Assembly: GCA_965217895.1 (NCBI GenBank)
Contig: CBDCJV010000002.1
Span: 640,001-704,000 of the forward strand
Source of the DNA: Waterburya sp.
GTDB lineage: Bacteria > Cyanobacteriota > Cyanobacteriia > Cyanobacteriales > Xenococcaceae
Length of the DNA: 64,000 bases
Reading direction: 5' to 3'
In this document: positions 32,504-41,183 of the stretch, one piece after another
Position numbering within the stretch: position 1 is the stretch's first letter
Layout: each line of letters opens with the position of its first letter
Notes under the pieces: model-generated
What the model saw: only the letters and a program-made list of their open reading frames with translations
Databases searched by the model: none
Told to the model about the DNA's origin: nothing
Position numbers and translations under genes: made by a program

Positions 32504-33546
32504 AATTCTGCCTTAACTCTCTCCAAATAAGGCTGAATAGCTTTTGCAAAGGGTAATATGCCAACAGGAGGAACTGAATTGCCAATTTGCCTTCTTACCT
32601 CGGTAATTGTACCTTCAAAAACAAAATTATCGGGATAACCAAAAAGTCTTGCTCTTTCGCGATTAGTGAGTGGTCTAGGTTCAGAGTAGTGATAGCCCCA
32701 AGTACCACCACCACCACCAGCAATAATTGTTGTAGAAGGTTTATCTGGATGTAAGCGTCGATAAACATGAGATATCATGCCTTTGACGTAGTGAGGTGAA
32801 TCTTTGGGAATATCTGTAAAGTTACCGCCAGCAGGAATAAGCTTTAGCTTCTCAACAGTGCTACGCTGAATGTTTTGATGCTGATTATTATGCTCTACTT
32901 TTTCAACGCCATAAAGTGCTTCTGAAGCAGAAACATAGTTGTCAAGAGTATGTGTTGGTCTAGGAACTTCAAAAGTATGTTTTATGTCTTTTCTAACGCC
33001 AATAATTAAAACTCGCTTCCTTAGCTGAGGTGTTCCATAATCAGCAAAGTTTACTAAGTGAGGTGTAGTTGTGTAGCCATACTGACCCGTTGAAGAAAAG
33101 TCTTCAACAATTTGTTTAATAGCTTTACCTTTATTGGCAGTCATTAAACCTTTAACATTTTCAGCAATAAACATTAGTGGTTCTTTCAAAGCAACAATAT
33201 CTACAAAGCTTCGATATAGATTACCTCTTTCGGTTTTAATTCCGCCACGTTTCCATATCATAGAAAAATCTTGGCAAGGAAAACCTCCTAAAATCAAGTC
33301 TGCATCAGGTATTGTAGAATGATCGAGCTTTTGTATATCTCCATGAACAATGTGTCTGCCTATATTTTTCTCGTATGTCTCACAAGCTTTTTGATCGATA
33401 TCATTTGCCCAAAGAATATTAAATCCAGCTTGGTGAAATCCTAAATCCATGCCACCACAACCTGAAAATAAAGAAATAACATCTATCTTTTGTTCAGACT
33501 TTAGTGTAGATATAGGTTCATTAAATAAGTTCAATTGAATCATCAA
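32488..33546 (-). CDS. C5 cytosine DNA methyltransferase (M.NgoFVII-like, predicted GCSGC)
   Basis: FSGCGG, GFPCQDFS, ENVKG, Q.RKR, GGGGGTWGYHY.EPR.LTNRERAR, IGNSVPP. Confidence 0.92.
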   Translation of the reverse strand: MMIQLNLFNEPISTLKSEQKIDVISLFSGCGGMDLGFHQAGFNILWANDIDQKACETYEKNIGRHIVHGDIQKLDHSTIPDADLILGGFPCQDFSMIWKRGGIKTERGNLYRSFVDIVALKEPLMFIAENVKGLMTANKGKAIKQIVEDFSSTGQYGYTTTPHLVNFADYGTPQLRKRVLIIGVRKDIKHTFEVPRPTHTLDNYVSASEALYGVEKVEHNNQHQNIQRSTVEKLKLIPAGGNFTDIPKDSPHYVKGMISHVYRRLHPDKPSTTIIAGGGGGTWGYHYSEPRPLTNRERARLFGYPDNFVFEGTITEVRRQIGNSVPPVGILPFAKAIQPYLERVKAELCLPI

Positions 33547-33712
33547 ATTGGATAACTATTAAAAAAATATTGTTTAATCGCAATTTTTAGTATCATGCAA
33601 AATCTGGGATTGCTTCTTTATTAATGATTATTTTTAACATATTTGAAGACTATTTTATGTAGAAAGGATGTAGCCAATCCTAGTATCATCAGTAAATACC
33701 CATAAATTTAAG

Positions 33713-34558
33713 ATGGTAAGTAATTTAGAATTGGGCAAGCTCTATTTAGTGGGAACTCCCATTGGCAACTTAGAAGATATTACCCTACGGGCAATTCGCA
33801 CACTGACAGAAGTTGATTTGATTGCAGCAGAAGATACACGCCGTACTGGCAAGTTATTACAGCACCTACAGATTAAGACACCTCAACTGAGCTACAACGA
33901 ACACAATCATAACTCTCGCATCCAAGAGTTAATTAATCGTCTACAGCAGGGAGAAAGTATTGCTTTAGTTACAGATGCAGGAATGCCGAGTATTTCCGAT
34001 CCTGGAGTTCAGTTAGTGCAAGTTGCGATCGCATACAATATTAGAGTAATTCCCATTCCTGGAGGCACAGCAGTCGTTAGTGCCTTAGCTGCATCGGGTT
34101 TGCCCACCGACAAATTTGTTTTTGAGGGCTTTTTACCCCAGAAAGAAACAGAGCGTATTGCTCGATTAGAATTATTACGTAGCGAAACTCGCACCGTAGT
34201 TTTTTATGAAGCACCTCACCGAATTATTAAAACTTTAACCGACTTAGCTAAGACAGTAGGCGCAGAAAAAGAAATTGTCTTAGCACGGGAATTAACCAAA
34301 ATACACGAGGAGTTTTGGCGAGGAAATATTGGCGAGGCGATCGCTTTATACACAAAACGTCAACCCAAGGGAGAATATACTCTAGTTTTAAAAGGTGCAG
34401 CCGAAACTAATTTAATCATCTCAGAAGCTGAACTAAAATTGGAATTGCAGCAGCTATTAGATCAAGGAATGACGCGATCGCAAGCTAGTCGTCATCTGGC
34501 AAAGCTTACTTCTTTATCGCGACGAGAAATTTATCAGCTAGATTTATCCCTCTCCTAA
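33713..34558 (+). CDS. rsmI: 16S rRNA (cytidine1402-2'-O)-methyltransferase
   Basis: VGTPIGNLEDIT, AAEDTR, DAGMPSISDPG, YEAPHR, RELTKIHEE. Confidence 0.96.
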   Translation: MVSNLELGKLYLVGTPIGNLEDITLRAIRTLTEVDLIAAEDTRRTGKLLQHLQIKTPQLSYNEHNHNSRIQELINRLQQGESIALVTDAGMPSISDPGVQLVQVAIAYNIRVIPIPGGTAVVSALAASGLPTDKFVFEGFLPQKETERIARLELLRSETRTVVFYEAPHRIIKTLTDLAKTVGAEKEIVLARELTKIHEEFWRGNIGEAIALYTKRQPKGEYTLVLKGAAETNLIISEAELKLELQQLLDQGMTRSQASRHLAKLTSLSRREIYQLDLSLS

Positions 34559-34655
34559 GAAACAAAAGCTGTAGTTATTTCATGATTGAATTCTTTTATG
34601 GTTGTCATATATTTTAACCATAAATAATTAATGTCTTTGAGGTTTTGTATGAAAT

Positions 34656-34688
34656 CCTCACAGATTCTTCAAATTTAAAAACTATGAT
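34656..34688 (+). promoter_or_regulatory. Direct-repeat box plus -10 (copy 1 of 4)
   Basis: CCTCACAGATTCTTCA, 11-nt spacer, TATGAT (34683-34688), upstream of ATG 34723. Confidence 0.65.
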
Positions 34689-34722
34689 TTAAATCAGATT
34701 GAAAAACTTGGTTTAAATAATT

Positions 34723-34929
34723 ATGAACTCTTTAACTATCTGCCCCTGTTGTTCTGCTCCCTTGTTACACCACTTAGGAAATCATCGAGAATATTGGTTT
34801 TGCCGTCACTGCTGGCAAGAAATGCCAGATCTAGGACTTGTCAAACATGAAAGGCAAGTGAAATTTTCTAAGATTATCAACCTATCAACTAGTTTTCCTC
34901 GTTACCAACCACGACTTCTACCAACCTAG
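34723..34929 (+). CDS. Small zinc-ribbon protein, conserved cyanobacterial hypothetical
   Basis: CPCC...YWFCRHCWQEMP. Confidence 0.75.
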   Translation: MNSLTICPCCSAPLLHHLGNHREYWFCRHCWQEMPDLGLVKHERQVKFSKIINLSTSFPRYQPRLLPT

Positions 34930-34993
34930 CAATAGAATTTGTTTTCAAACATCTGGGAAGACGGATAATTTCTAAAACAATACTTTTCTAGTT

Positions 34994-36529
34994 ATGGCTG
35001 ATATTTCCCAATTAATTGCTCGAATGCAGCAGCCTGATTTTTATTCTCATCATGTCGAGCAAAACATTGAGCTGGTTCAAACTCATGCTTCCTATATCTT
35101 TTTGACAGGTGAATATACCTATAAGCTAAAAAAAAATGTTGACTATGGTTTTCTAGATTATTCGACTTTAGCTAAAAGGAAATTTTTTTTAAATGAAGAG
35201 CTGAGACTTAATCAGAAAATAGCCGCCGAACTATATTTAGAAGTTATGCCGATCAGTCGTAACGAGCAGGGATTTGTTCTTGGCAACTGCGATCGCATTG
35301 TAGAATACGCTTTGAAAATGCGTCAGTTTCCTCAAGAAAACTTGTTCAGTAATTTGTTAAAAGCTGGTAAGCTCAATGGCGATCGCTTTACTAAGTTAGG
35401 AAAAATCGTCGCTAAATTTCATTTTTCTGCTGAGAGTAATGATTACATCAATAGTTTTGGCACTGTAGCCAAGATTAGTGCTGCTTTTGCAGAAAACTAT
35501 CGCCAATCTCAGAAATATGTCGGCATAGTGCAAACACAGAAACAGTTTGAAGCAACAAAAGCCTATACTGATGCTTTTTTTGCCGAACGACAAGATTTAT
35601 TCCAGGCTAGAGTCTATCGAGGCAAAATAAAAGAATGCCACGGCGACCTGCATCTCAAAAATATTTGCCTATGGAAAGACAAGATTCAGCTATTTGATCG
35701 CCTTGAATTTAATGAATCTTTCCGCTTCGTTGACACGATGTACGATATTGCGTTTACCATCATGGACTTAGAAGCGCGTGAAAAACTAGAATTCGCCAAT
35801 GCTTTCCTAAATAGTTATCTAGAATATACAGGGGACTGGGAAGGGTTACTTATATTGCCTCTATATTTAAGTAGACAGGCTTATGTTAGAGCTAAGGTAA
35901 ATTCTTTTTTACTAGACGATCCTCAAGTTGCTGAAACAGATCGACAAGAGGCTAGAAAAGCTGCTAGTAATTATTATCGACAGGCTTGCCAATATACCCA
36001 AAGTACATCAGGCAATATAATTTTGATGTCTGGCTTATCAGGGTCGGGCAAAAGTACAGTGGCTCAAAGCATTGCTAGAAAGAAAGGTGCAATCCAGATT
36101 CGCTCCGATGCTGTTCGCAAACATTTAGCAGGGATATCTTTAGATGAGTCTGGGACAGATAATATTTACTCTCAACAGATGACTCAAGGAACTTACGATC
36201 GCCTTGGGGAATTGGGAATTATTCTAGCCCAAGAAGGATATACGATAATTCTCGATGCCAAATACGATCGCCTTAGTTTGCGTCAGTCTGTGATTACCCA
36301 AGCCCAGAATAATAATATAGCTTGGAAAATAATTCACTGTACTGCACCTGTATCTGTGTTGCGCGATCGCTTAAACCAACGTCAAAATGATATCTCCGAT
36401 GCCACCGCAGATTTAATTACCAATCAGCAAGCAAAAGCAGAAGATTTCTCCCCAGCAGAACAAGCTTACGTAACAGAAATAGATACATCTCAAGCCAACT
36501 GGCAAGAAAAACTGAGTAATATCATTTAA
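34994..36529 (+). CDS. Aminoglycoside phosphotransferase-like plus P-loop kinase (AAA_33) fusion
   Basis: QTHAS, ECHGDLHLKNI, GLSGSGKS, IRSDAVRK. Confidence 0.88.
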   Translation: MADISQLIARMQQPDFYSHHVEQNIELVQTHASYIFLTGEYTYKLKKNVDYGFLDYSTLAKRKFFLNEELRLNQKIAAELYLEVMPISRNEQGFVLGNCDRIVEYALKMRQFPQENLFSNLLKAGKLNGDRFTKLGKIVAKFHFSAESNDYINSFGTVAKISAAFAENYRQSQKYVGIVQTQKQFEATKAYTDAFFAERQDLFQARVYRGKIKECHGDLHLKNICLWKDKIQLFDRLEFNESFRFVDTMYDIAFTIMDLEAREKLEFANAFLNSYLEYTGDWEGLLILPLYLSRQAYVRAKVNSFLLDDPQVAETDRQEARKAASNYYRQACQYTQSTSGNIILMSGLSGSGKSTVAQSIARKKGAIQIRSDAVRKHLAGISLDESGTDNIYSQQMTQGTYDRLGELGIILAQEGYTIILDAKYDRLSLRQSVITQAQNNNIAWKIIHCTAPVSVLRDRLNQRQNDISDATADLITNQQAKAEDFSPAEQAYVTEIDTSQANWQEKLSNII

Positions 36530-36564
36530 ACATTGTTCAACCAAAATCATCACTTTTGACTTTT

Positions 36565-36593
36565 GTACGGGCGAACGACCGTTCGCCCCTTAC
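36565..36593. repeat. REP-like palindrome
   Basis: GTACGGGCGAACG-AC-CGTTCGCCCCTTAC. Confidence 0.7.
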
Positions 36594-36614
36594 TGAATTT
36601 TGACCAACGGTCAG

Positions 36615-36693
36615 AGCAGCGCGAAAAACCGTTGCGGGGGTTTCCCCCGTTGAGGCTATTGAGTAAGCAGGCTCCGTCGTTTTACGGCGGAGT
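36615..36693. repeat. SDR-like hairpin cluster
   Basis: CGGGGG-TTT-CCCCCG and CTCCGTCG-TTTTA-CGGCGGAG between convergent genes. Confidence 0.55.
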
Positions 36694-36709
36694 AATCTCT
36701 GACTTCATT

Positions 36710-37240
36710 CTATCCCGACCAACTAACCCAATGACGGGAAGTATTCTCTTGCTTTCTTTCACATCCACCCCAATTTATGTGTTCTATAATTGCGTTTTTG
36801 GTTTCTGCTACAGAAATATCTGTGCCAGCCAGTTTTGCTTCAGTCAAATCTGCACCGCTTAAATCTGCGCCACCAAGATCTACATCAGTCAAATTGGCAC
36901 TGCATAAATTAGCACGGTGTAGATTAGCGCAGCGTAAATCAGCACCACTCAAATCTGCGCCTCTGAGATCGGCATTTTCTAGATCTGCACCAATTAGATT
37001 TACTTCTGATAAATTTGCCCCTATTAAGCTAGCGTTTACCAAATTAACGTTAGTCAAATTAGCCTGCTCTAAACAAGCACCGCTTAAATCAGTATCACTG
37101 AGGTCTGCATCACTAAGATCTGCTTGAGTTAAGTTAATTCGCGTTAGATCGGCAGCTTCAAGATGAACAGAATGTAAATTTGCACCCCTGAAATCTAATA
37201 TGCCATAACGATATTGTCGGAGTAATTGTGTAGCTTTCAT
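36710..37240 (-). CDS. Pentapeptide repeat protein
   Basis: Continuous A(D/N)LxX repeats. Confidence 0.95.
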   Translation of the reverse strand: MKATQLLRQYRYGILDFRGANLHSVHLEAADLTRINLTQADLSDADLSDTDLSGACLEQANLTNVNLVNASLIGANLSEVNLIGADLENADLRGADLSGADLRCANLHRANLCSANLTDVDLGGADLSGADLTEAKLAGTDISVAETKNAIIEHINWGGCERKQENTSRHWVSWSG

Positions 37241-37411
37241 AATCGTTTTGTTCCTTTTGCTTGTAATTCAACAGTCAACTCAAGAAACACCACCAACAAG
37301 AGTTAACTATTAGCTGTAAATAAAAATTAGAACCTTCAAATTAACTATTGAAACTTATAAAAAGCGTTAATTGTAATTGAGATTTCTAATTCATAGTCTT
37401 CATAACAAAAT

Positions 37412-37444
37412 ATATTACAAATAAAACTTGAGGAAGTTGTGAAG
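37412..37444 (-). promoter_or_regulatory. Direct-repeat box plus -10 (copy 2 of 4)
   Basis: Minus strand CTTCACAACTTCCTCA, 11-nt spacer, TAATAT. Confidence 0.6.
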
Positions 37445-37509
37445 GAAAATATTATTAAATTAGGTCATTTTAATAAAAATTACACAGTTTTTAAGTCAGA
37501 CCCTTAGTT

Positions 37510-37731
37510 TTAAAGACCATCTGTATATTGCTTGTGTAGATAGTTATAGTGTTCTCGTATAGCAGACTGTATTTCTGGTGATAAGTTATCAAACCCTGTT
37601 ATGTATCGTACGTCTGCACCCAATATCGCTAGGTCGTGAATTTGATTAGCTATAATTTTTATCCACTTGTGCTTTAAATTATGTGACTTTAATAGTTCTA
37701 TAAAATTTTGCTCAAAATGCGAACTAGTCAT
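37510..37731 (-). CDS. Small hypothetical protein
   Basis: 73-aa ORF with a well-positioned upstream CRP-type promoter. Confidence 0.6.
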   Translation of the reverse strand: MTSSHFEQNFIELLKSHNLKHKWIKIIANQIHDLAILGADVRYITGFDNLSPEIQSAIREHYNYLHKQYTDGL

Positions 37732-37760
37732 ATAACAAAATACTCATGCAATACCCTAGC

Positions 37761-37803
37761 AGTATATTAGTAAATATTTGTAGTAAATATGATCTTGATC
37801 ACA
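37761..37803 (-). promoter_or_regulatory. CRP-family (SyCRP1-like) class II promoter
   Basis: Minus strand TGTGA-TCAAGA-TCATA (37803-37788), centred at -41.5 relative to the TSS implied by -10 TATACT (37766-37761). Confidence 0.65.
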
Positions 37804-37829
37804 ATAGTATCGTTAGAGTACTGTTCGTT

Positions 37830-37866
37830 AGAAAGAAGCCAGTAGGGTTTTCCATTTCTACTGGCT
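37830..37866 (-). terminator. Intrinsic terminator after the atpT-like gene
   Basis: AGCCAGTAG / CTACTGGCT 9-bp stem followed by TCTTTCT on the minus strand. Confidence 0.6.
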
Positions 37867-37928
37867 AGGACATGAACGATAAATTTTTACCGCCTTCCGC
37901 GGTAACTAAAATTTTAGCAATGCTTCCC

Positions 37929-38063
37929 TTAGTCTTCGCTAGAATCTCCGCTAAAAGGCTGCACTCCTGATTTTGGATAATCGTCGTCTGTAGGTTTAAA
38001 GAGTCTTGAAACTCCATCCCAAAGATATTGAGTTGTGTCTTTTATCCATATAAAAATCTTCAT
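37929..38063 (-). CDS. atpT: AtpTheta (Norf1)-like 44-aa ATP synthase inhibitor, not in the ORF track
   Basis: MKIFIWIKDTTQYLWDGVSRLFKPTDDDYPKSGVQPFSGDSSED; amphipathic helix then DDxYPxxGVQPFxGD; RBS AGAGG; family recognised from memory. Confidence 0.75.
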   Translation of the reverse strand: MKIFIWIKDTTQYLWDGVSRLFKPTDDDYPKSGVQPFSGDSSED

Positions 38064-38084
38064 ATCTTTTACCTCTTTAATTAA

Positions 38085-38276
38085 TTATTCAGCTAGGAAA
38101 TCTTGATTAAATTGTTGTTTTGTCAGAGGATATTCCAAAGTAAATCCTAGATGCGGACGAGTCCTTATTACCCTACTTAATGCCCAAAGAACACTAGTCT
38201 GAGCTATGAACATTAGCAATACAGAAAATCCGATTAGTATTTGTGTTGAGCTTGATGATTTGCTACGTACTTTCAT
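38085..38276 (-). CDS. Small single-TM hypothetical protein
   Basis: 63 aa, hydrophobic ILIGFSVLLMFIA stretch, RBS GAGGT, operon position. Confidence 0.6.
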   Translation of the reverse strand: MKVRSKSSSSTQILIGFSVLLMFIAQTSVLWALSRVIRTRPHLGFTLEYPLTKQQFNQDFLAE

Positions 38277-38334
38277 TGCTTTGACCTCGACTTTCCGAAT
38301 CTATAGTTTTCTCTTATTTATCGCCAGAAGACTA

Positions 38335-38676
38335 TTAAGTAATAGCTACGCTTGTTATATTTGCCTTCGGCATAGTTATTGTTAGGACTCCATCAATTAG
38401 TTCTGCTCTAACATGGTTGATTTGAATTGGTTCTGGTAAAGAAACATTACATTCAAGCTGCCCATAGTGGAGTTGAGAGGGAATTAATTCTTTTTCCGCC
38501 AATGACTGATGATGGTCATGAATTCCAGTAATTGAGATAGATTCGGGTTCTGCACTAATATTTAGATGTTTGATTTCAATTCCAGGAATTTCCGCTTTGA
38601 GAATTAAATTTCTATCGGTTTCATTAAATTCCATGGCTGGACACCATATTTTGCCTTCTTCTGTCATTGCCTCCAT
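38335..38676 (-). CDS. Hsp20/alpha-crystallin family protein with a short N-terminus
   Basis: LILKAEIPGI, YGQL...LP, GVLTITMPK. Confidence 0.85.
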   Translation of the reverse strand: MEAMTEEGKIWCPAMEFNETDRNLILKAEIPGIEIKHLNISAEPESISITGIHDHHQSLAEKELIPSQLHYGQLECNVSLPEPIQINHVRAELIDGVLTITMPKANITSVAIT

Positions 38677-38734
38677 CTCCTGAGCTTTAATTTAGTTTGG
38701 TAATCTATTAAAACCACTTTTCTTTTATGGATTG

Positions 38735-38767
38735 AGAATAGCAACAAAGTTTGAAGAAATTGTGAGG
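38735..38767 (-). promoter_or_regulatory. Direct-repeat box plus -10 (copy 3 of 4)
   Basis: Minus strand CCTCACAATTTCTTCA, 11-nt spacer, TATTCT. Confidence 0.65.
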
Positions 38768-38794
38768 ATGGCTGGATATTTTCGTTACTATTTA

Positions 38795-39268
38795 TTAACT
38801 ACTACCAGACTTTTCTGGAGTATTAATATTTTTAGAATTTAAAGGCTGTTGAGAGCTATCTAATTCAACTATGCCAGGCTCGAATTGAACGTTATTAATA
38901 TTTATACTTAAAATCTTTTTAGTTTGATAAGTAACACCACGATACTTTAGCTTTATGCTGGGTTGAATTATTAAAATTGCATTCGGAGGTAGTTGCTGAA
39001 CAGGAAAATGACTAGACAAAAATATTTCCGTAAATTTTGTGTTTCCACAATTTATTGCTTTTGAAGCTTGCCATTTTAGCTGATGGCAACGTTCTAAATA
39101 TTCGACTATATCTAGTTCGTGACAAGTTTCCAAGTGTTGAATTCTATATCTACGCCAGAAGCCAAAGGGATTAATAAATCTAACGTAAGTATCATGAGAA
39201 AATAGCTGTTTAAAATACAGGCTAATAGGAAAACTGATTTTAACTGGTCTTGTTTCTTTTGTATTCAT
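38795..39268 (-). CDS. Hypothetical protein with a DUF4278-like LKYRGVxY motif
   Basis: KLKYRGVTY near the C-terminus; RBS GGAG. Confidence 0.6.
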   Translation of the reverse strand: MNTKETRPVKISFPISLYFKQLFSHDTYVRFINPFGFWRRYRIQHLETCHELDIVEYLERCHQLKWQASKAINCGNTKFTEIFLSSHFPVQQLPPNAILIIQPSIKLKYRGVTYQTKKILSININNVQFEPGIVELDSSQQPLNSKNINTPEKSGSS

Positions 39269-39298
39269 CAGACATCTCCAATACTCATTTTTATCCTC

Positions 39299-39331
39299 AG
39301 ATTAAGCTAATAACTTGAAGAACTTGTGAGA
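39299..39331 (-). promoter_or_regulatory. Direct-repeat box plus -10 (copy 4 of 4)
   Basis: Minus strand TCTCACAAGTTCTTCA, 11-nt spacer, TAATCT. Confidence 0.65.
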
Positions 39332-39372
39332 CAGACCGTGTTCATTATCTTTACCTGCTTAAATTTGTAACT

Positions 39373-40044
39373 TTAACTAGCCGAATTTAAGACGATCTTA
39401 GCTACCCAATCAGCTAAACCATTGAGGATCAACTTAACCCCAACTGCTAAGATAAATAAACCTAATAAACGGCTCAGAGCTTTTATTCCTGTCTCTTTAA
39501 GAGCTAAGAGCAGCAAATTGCTAAAGCGCAAACACAAATAAAGTAAAGTACCAACAATAACAATCGCCAAGCCAACAGCCAGCAGGTTAATTCCTGTTTG
39601 CCAATCAAAACTGTGACCCGCCTCGGCTGCTAACCCCAAAGTTACGGCGATAGAACCCGGTCCTGCTGATAGGGGAATGGTCATGGGGATAAATGAAATA
39701 TCCTCATAGTTTTCTTCATAGGTTGTTGGATTTTTATCTGTTGTTGGCTTAAGTTTAGGTTCGGAGTTGAGGGTTTGCCATCCAGCTTTAAAAACGATGA
39801 TCCCGCCAGCAATTTTTACTATTTCCAAGGAAATACCAAAAAAGCGTAAAATATTGCCACCAACTAACAAGAAAAAGATTAATAAGCAAACTGCATAGAT
39901 AGCCGTTTGACGAGCATACTTTTTTCTTAACTTTAAGGGTATACCAACCGTCAATGACAAAAAAATGGGTACTAATCCAATCGGATCTACTACGGGAATT
40001 AATGCTGCCAAGCTTTGGACTAAAAAGCCACAAAATTGTTCCAT
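39373..40044 (-). CDS. MarC family membrane protein
   Basis: VDPIGLVPIF, IAGGI, PMTIPLSAGPGSI, RLLGL. Confidence 0.92.
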   Translation of the reverse strand: MEQFCGFLVQSLAALIPVVDPIGLVPIFLSLTVGIPLKLRKKYARQTAIYAVCLLIFFLLVGGNILRFFGISLEIVKIAGGIIVFKAGWQTLNSEPKLKPTTDKNPTTYEENYEDISFIPMTIPLSAGPGSIAVTLGLAAEAGHSFDWQTGINLLAVGLAIVIVGTLLYLCLRFSNLLLLALKETGIKALSRLLGLFILAVGVKLILNGLADWVAKIVLNSAS

Positions 40045-40400
40045 ATTTATACCGCGGTAGGCTGTTTTGGTGATTTATAGAAGTTAATTAATCCCTCAGC
40101 TAGAATAATTGCTCTTTGACGGGAGCTTAAGGTGTATGTCAAAGTATAAATGCGATCGCTGCGTGTTTTCGACTCAAACCCTCTAATTCGACTCTGCTTT
40201 CGCCTTCTGGTGGTGCTAGCAGCATATTAGTCTTGGACGTATTTTCTGAGTACATTTATTGTAACGTCTCCATAGCTTGCTAAAAAGTAAGCATTAATCC
40301 AAAACACTCGTTACGAACAAGCAAGTTCTTCAGGGATGGAGCTGTTAGGATATACAAAATAGCATTAATAATTTCCCTCATCCTCTAAGTTTCGTCTTCT

Positions 40401-41183
40401 GTGAATCCTTACGTCGCTAGATTGTTTATTTACCCAATTAAATCTTTAGATCCTGTAGCGGTCGATCGCGTTACTATTTTGGAGTCTGGAGCTTTAAAAG
40501 GCGATCGCGCCTGGGCAATATTTGATCGAGATGATAATTTTGTTAACGGTAAACGGCAGCAGAAAATTCACGCCTTACGTTCAGAATTCGATCTAGCAAC
40601 TAATGTTTTATCATTACGAATACAGGGGACAGATAAAACAGTAACTTTTAATTTACAACAAGAACCAGAAGCGGTTGGTAACTGGCTAGAAACATACTTT
40701 GCTTTTCCTGTCAAAATCAAGCAGAATTTAAGCATGGGGTTTCCTGATGATACCGTTTCTCCTGGGGCAACTATAGTTAGTACTGCAACTTTAGAAGCGA
40801 TCGCCTCTTGGTATCCTGAACTAGATGCAGAAGATATTCGTCGCCGTTTTCGCACCAACATCGAAATTGCTGGTGTACCTGCTTTTTGGGAAGATAGACT
40901 ATTTACAACTCCAGAGCAAACGGTTAAATTTAAACTCGGCAACGTAGAGTTTATGGGCGTAAATCCTTGTCAACGCTGTGTTGTTATTACCCGCGATCCG
41001 CAAACGGGAAAGTCATATCCAAAATTTCAAAAGACCTTTATCAATCAAAGAAAAAAGAATCTGCCTGAATGGACAGAGCGATCGCGTTTTAATCATTTTT
41101 TTCGTTTAGCAATCAATACTAGGCTACCGCCAACTGAAGCGGGAAAAGTAATTGAAATAGGAGATATAGCCGTACAAAGTTAA
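40401..41183 (+). CDS. MOSC domain protein
   Basis: IYPIKSL, GDRAW, RRFRTNI, PCQRC. Confidence 0.9.
   Translation: MNPYVARLFIYPIKSLDPVAVDRVTILESGALKGDRAWAIFDRDDNFVNGKRQQKIHALRSEFDLATNVLSLRIQGTDKTVTFNLQQEPEAVGNWLETYFAFPVKIKQNLSMGFPDDTVSPGATIVSTATLEAIASWYPELDAEDIRRRFRTNIEIAGVPAFWEDRLFTTPEQTVKFKLGNVEFMGVNPCQRCVVITRDPQTGKSYPKFQKTFINQRKKNLPEWTERSRFNHFFRLAINTRLPPTEAGKVIEIGDIAVQS

Noticed and set aside
27455..33546. SF2 helicase as the bona fide third subunit of the R-M system
   Set aside because: Opposite strand, separated by three genes, no evident Z1 domain, and it carries HIP1 sites unlike the R-M genes; kept only as a testable possibility
36563..36862. 99-aa ORF on the + strand; likewise 2345-2566, 4902-5090 and 54330-54527
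   Set aside because: These read through repeat elements and/or overlap real genes
40045..40400. Possible 38-aa ORF or structured RNA upstream of marC (MYSENTSK...)
   Set aside because: No recognisable motif, RBS or RNA family; cannot be supported from the sequence alone
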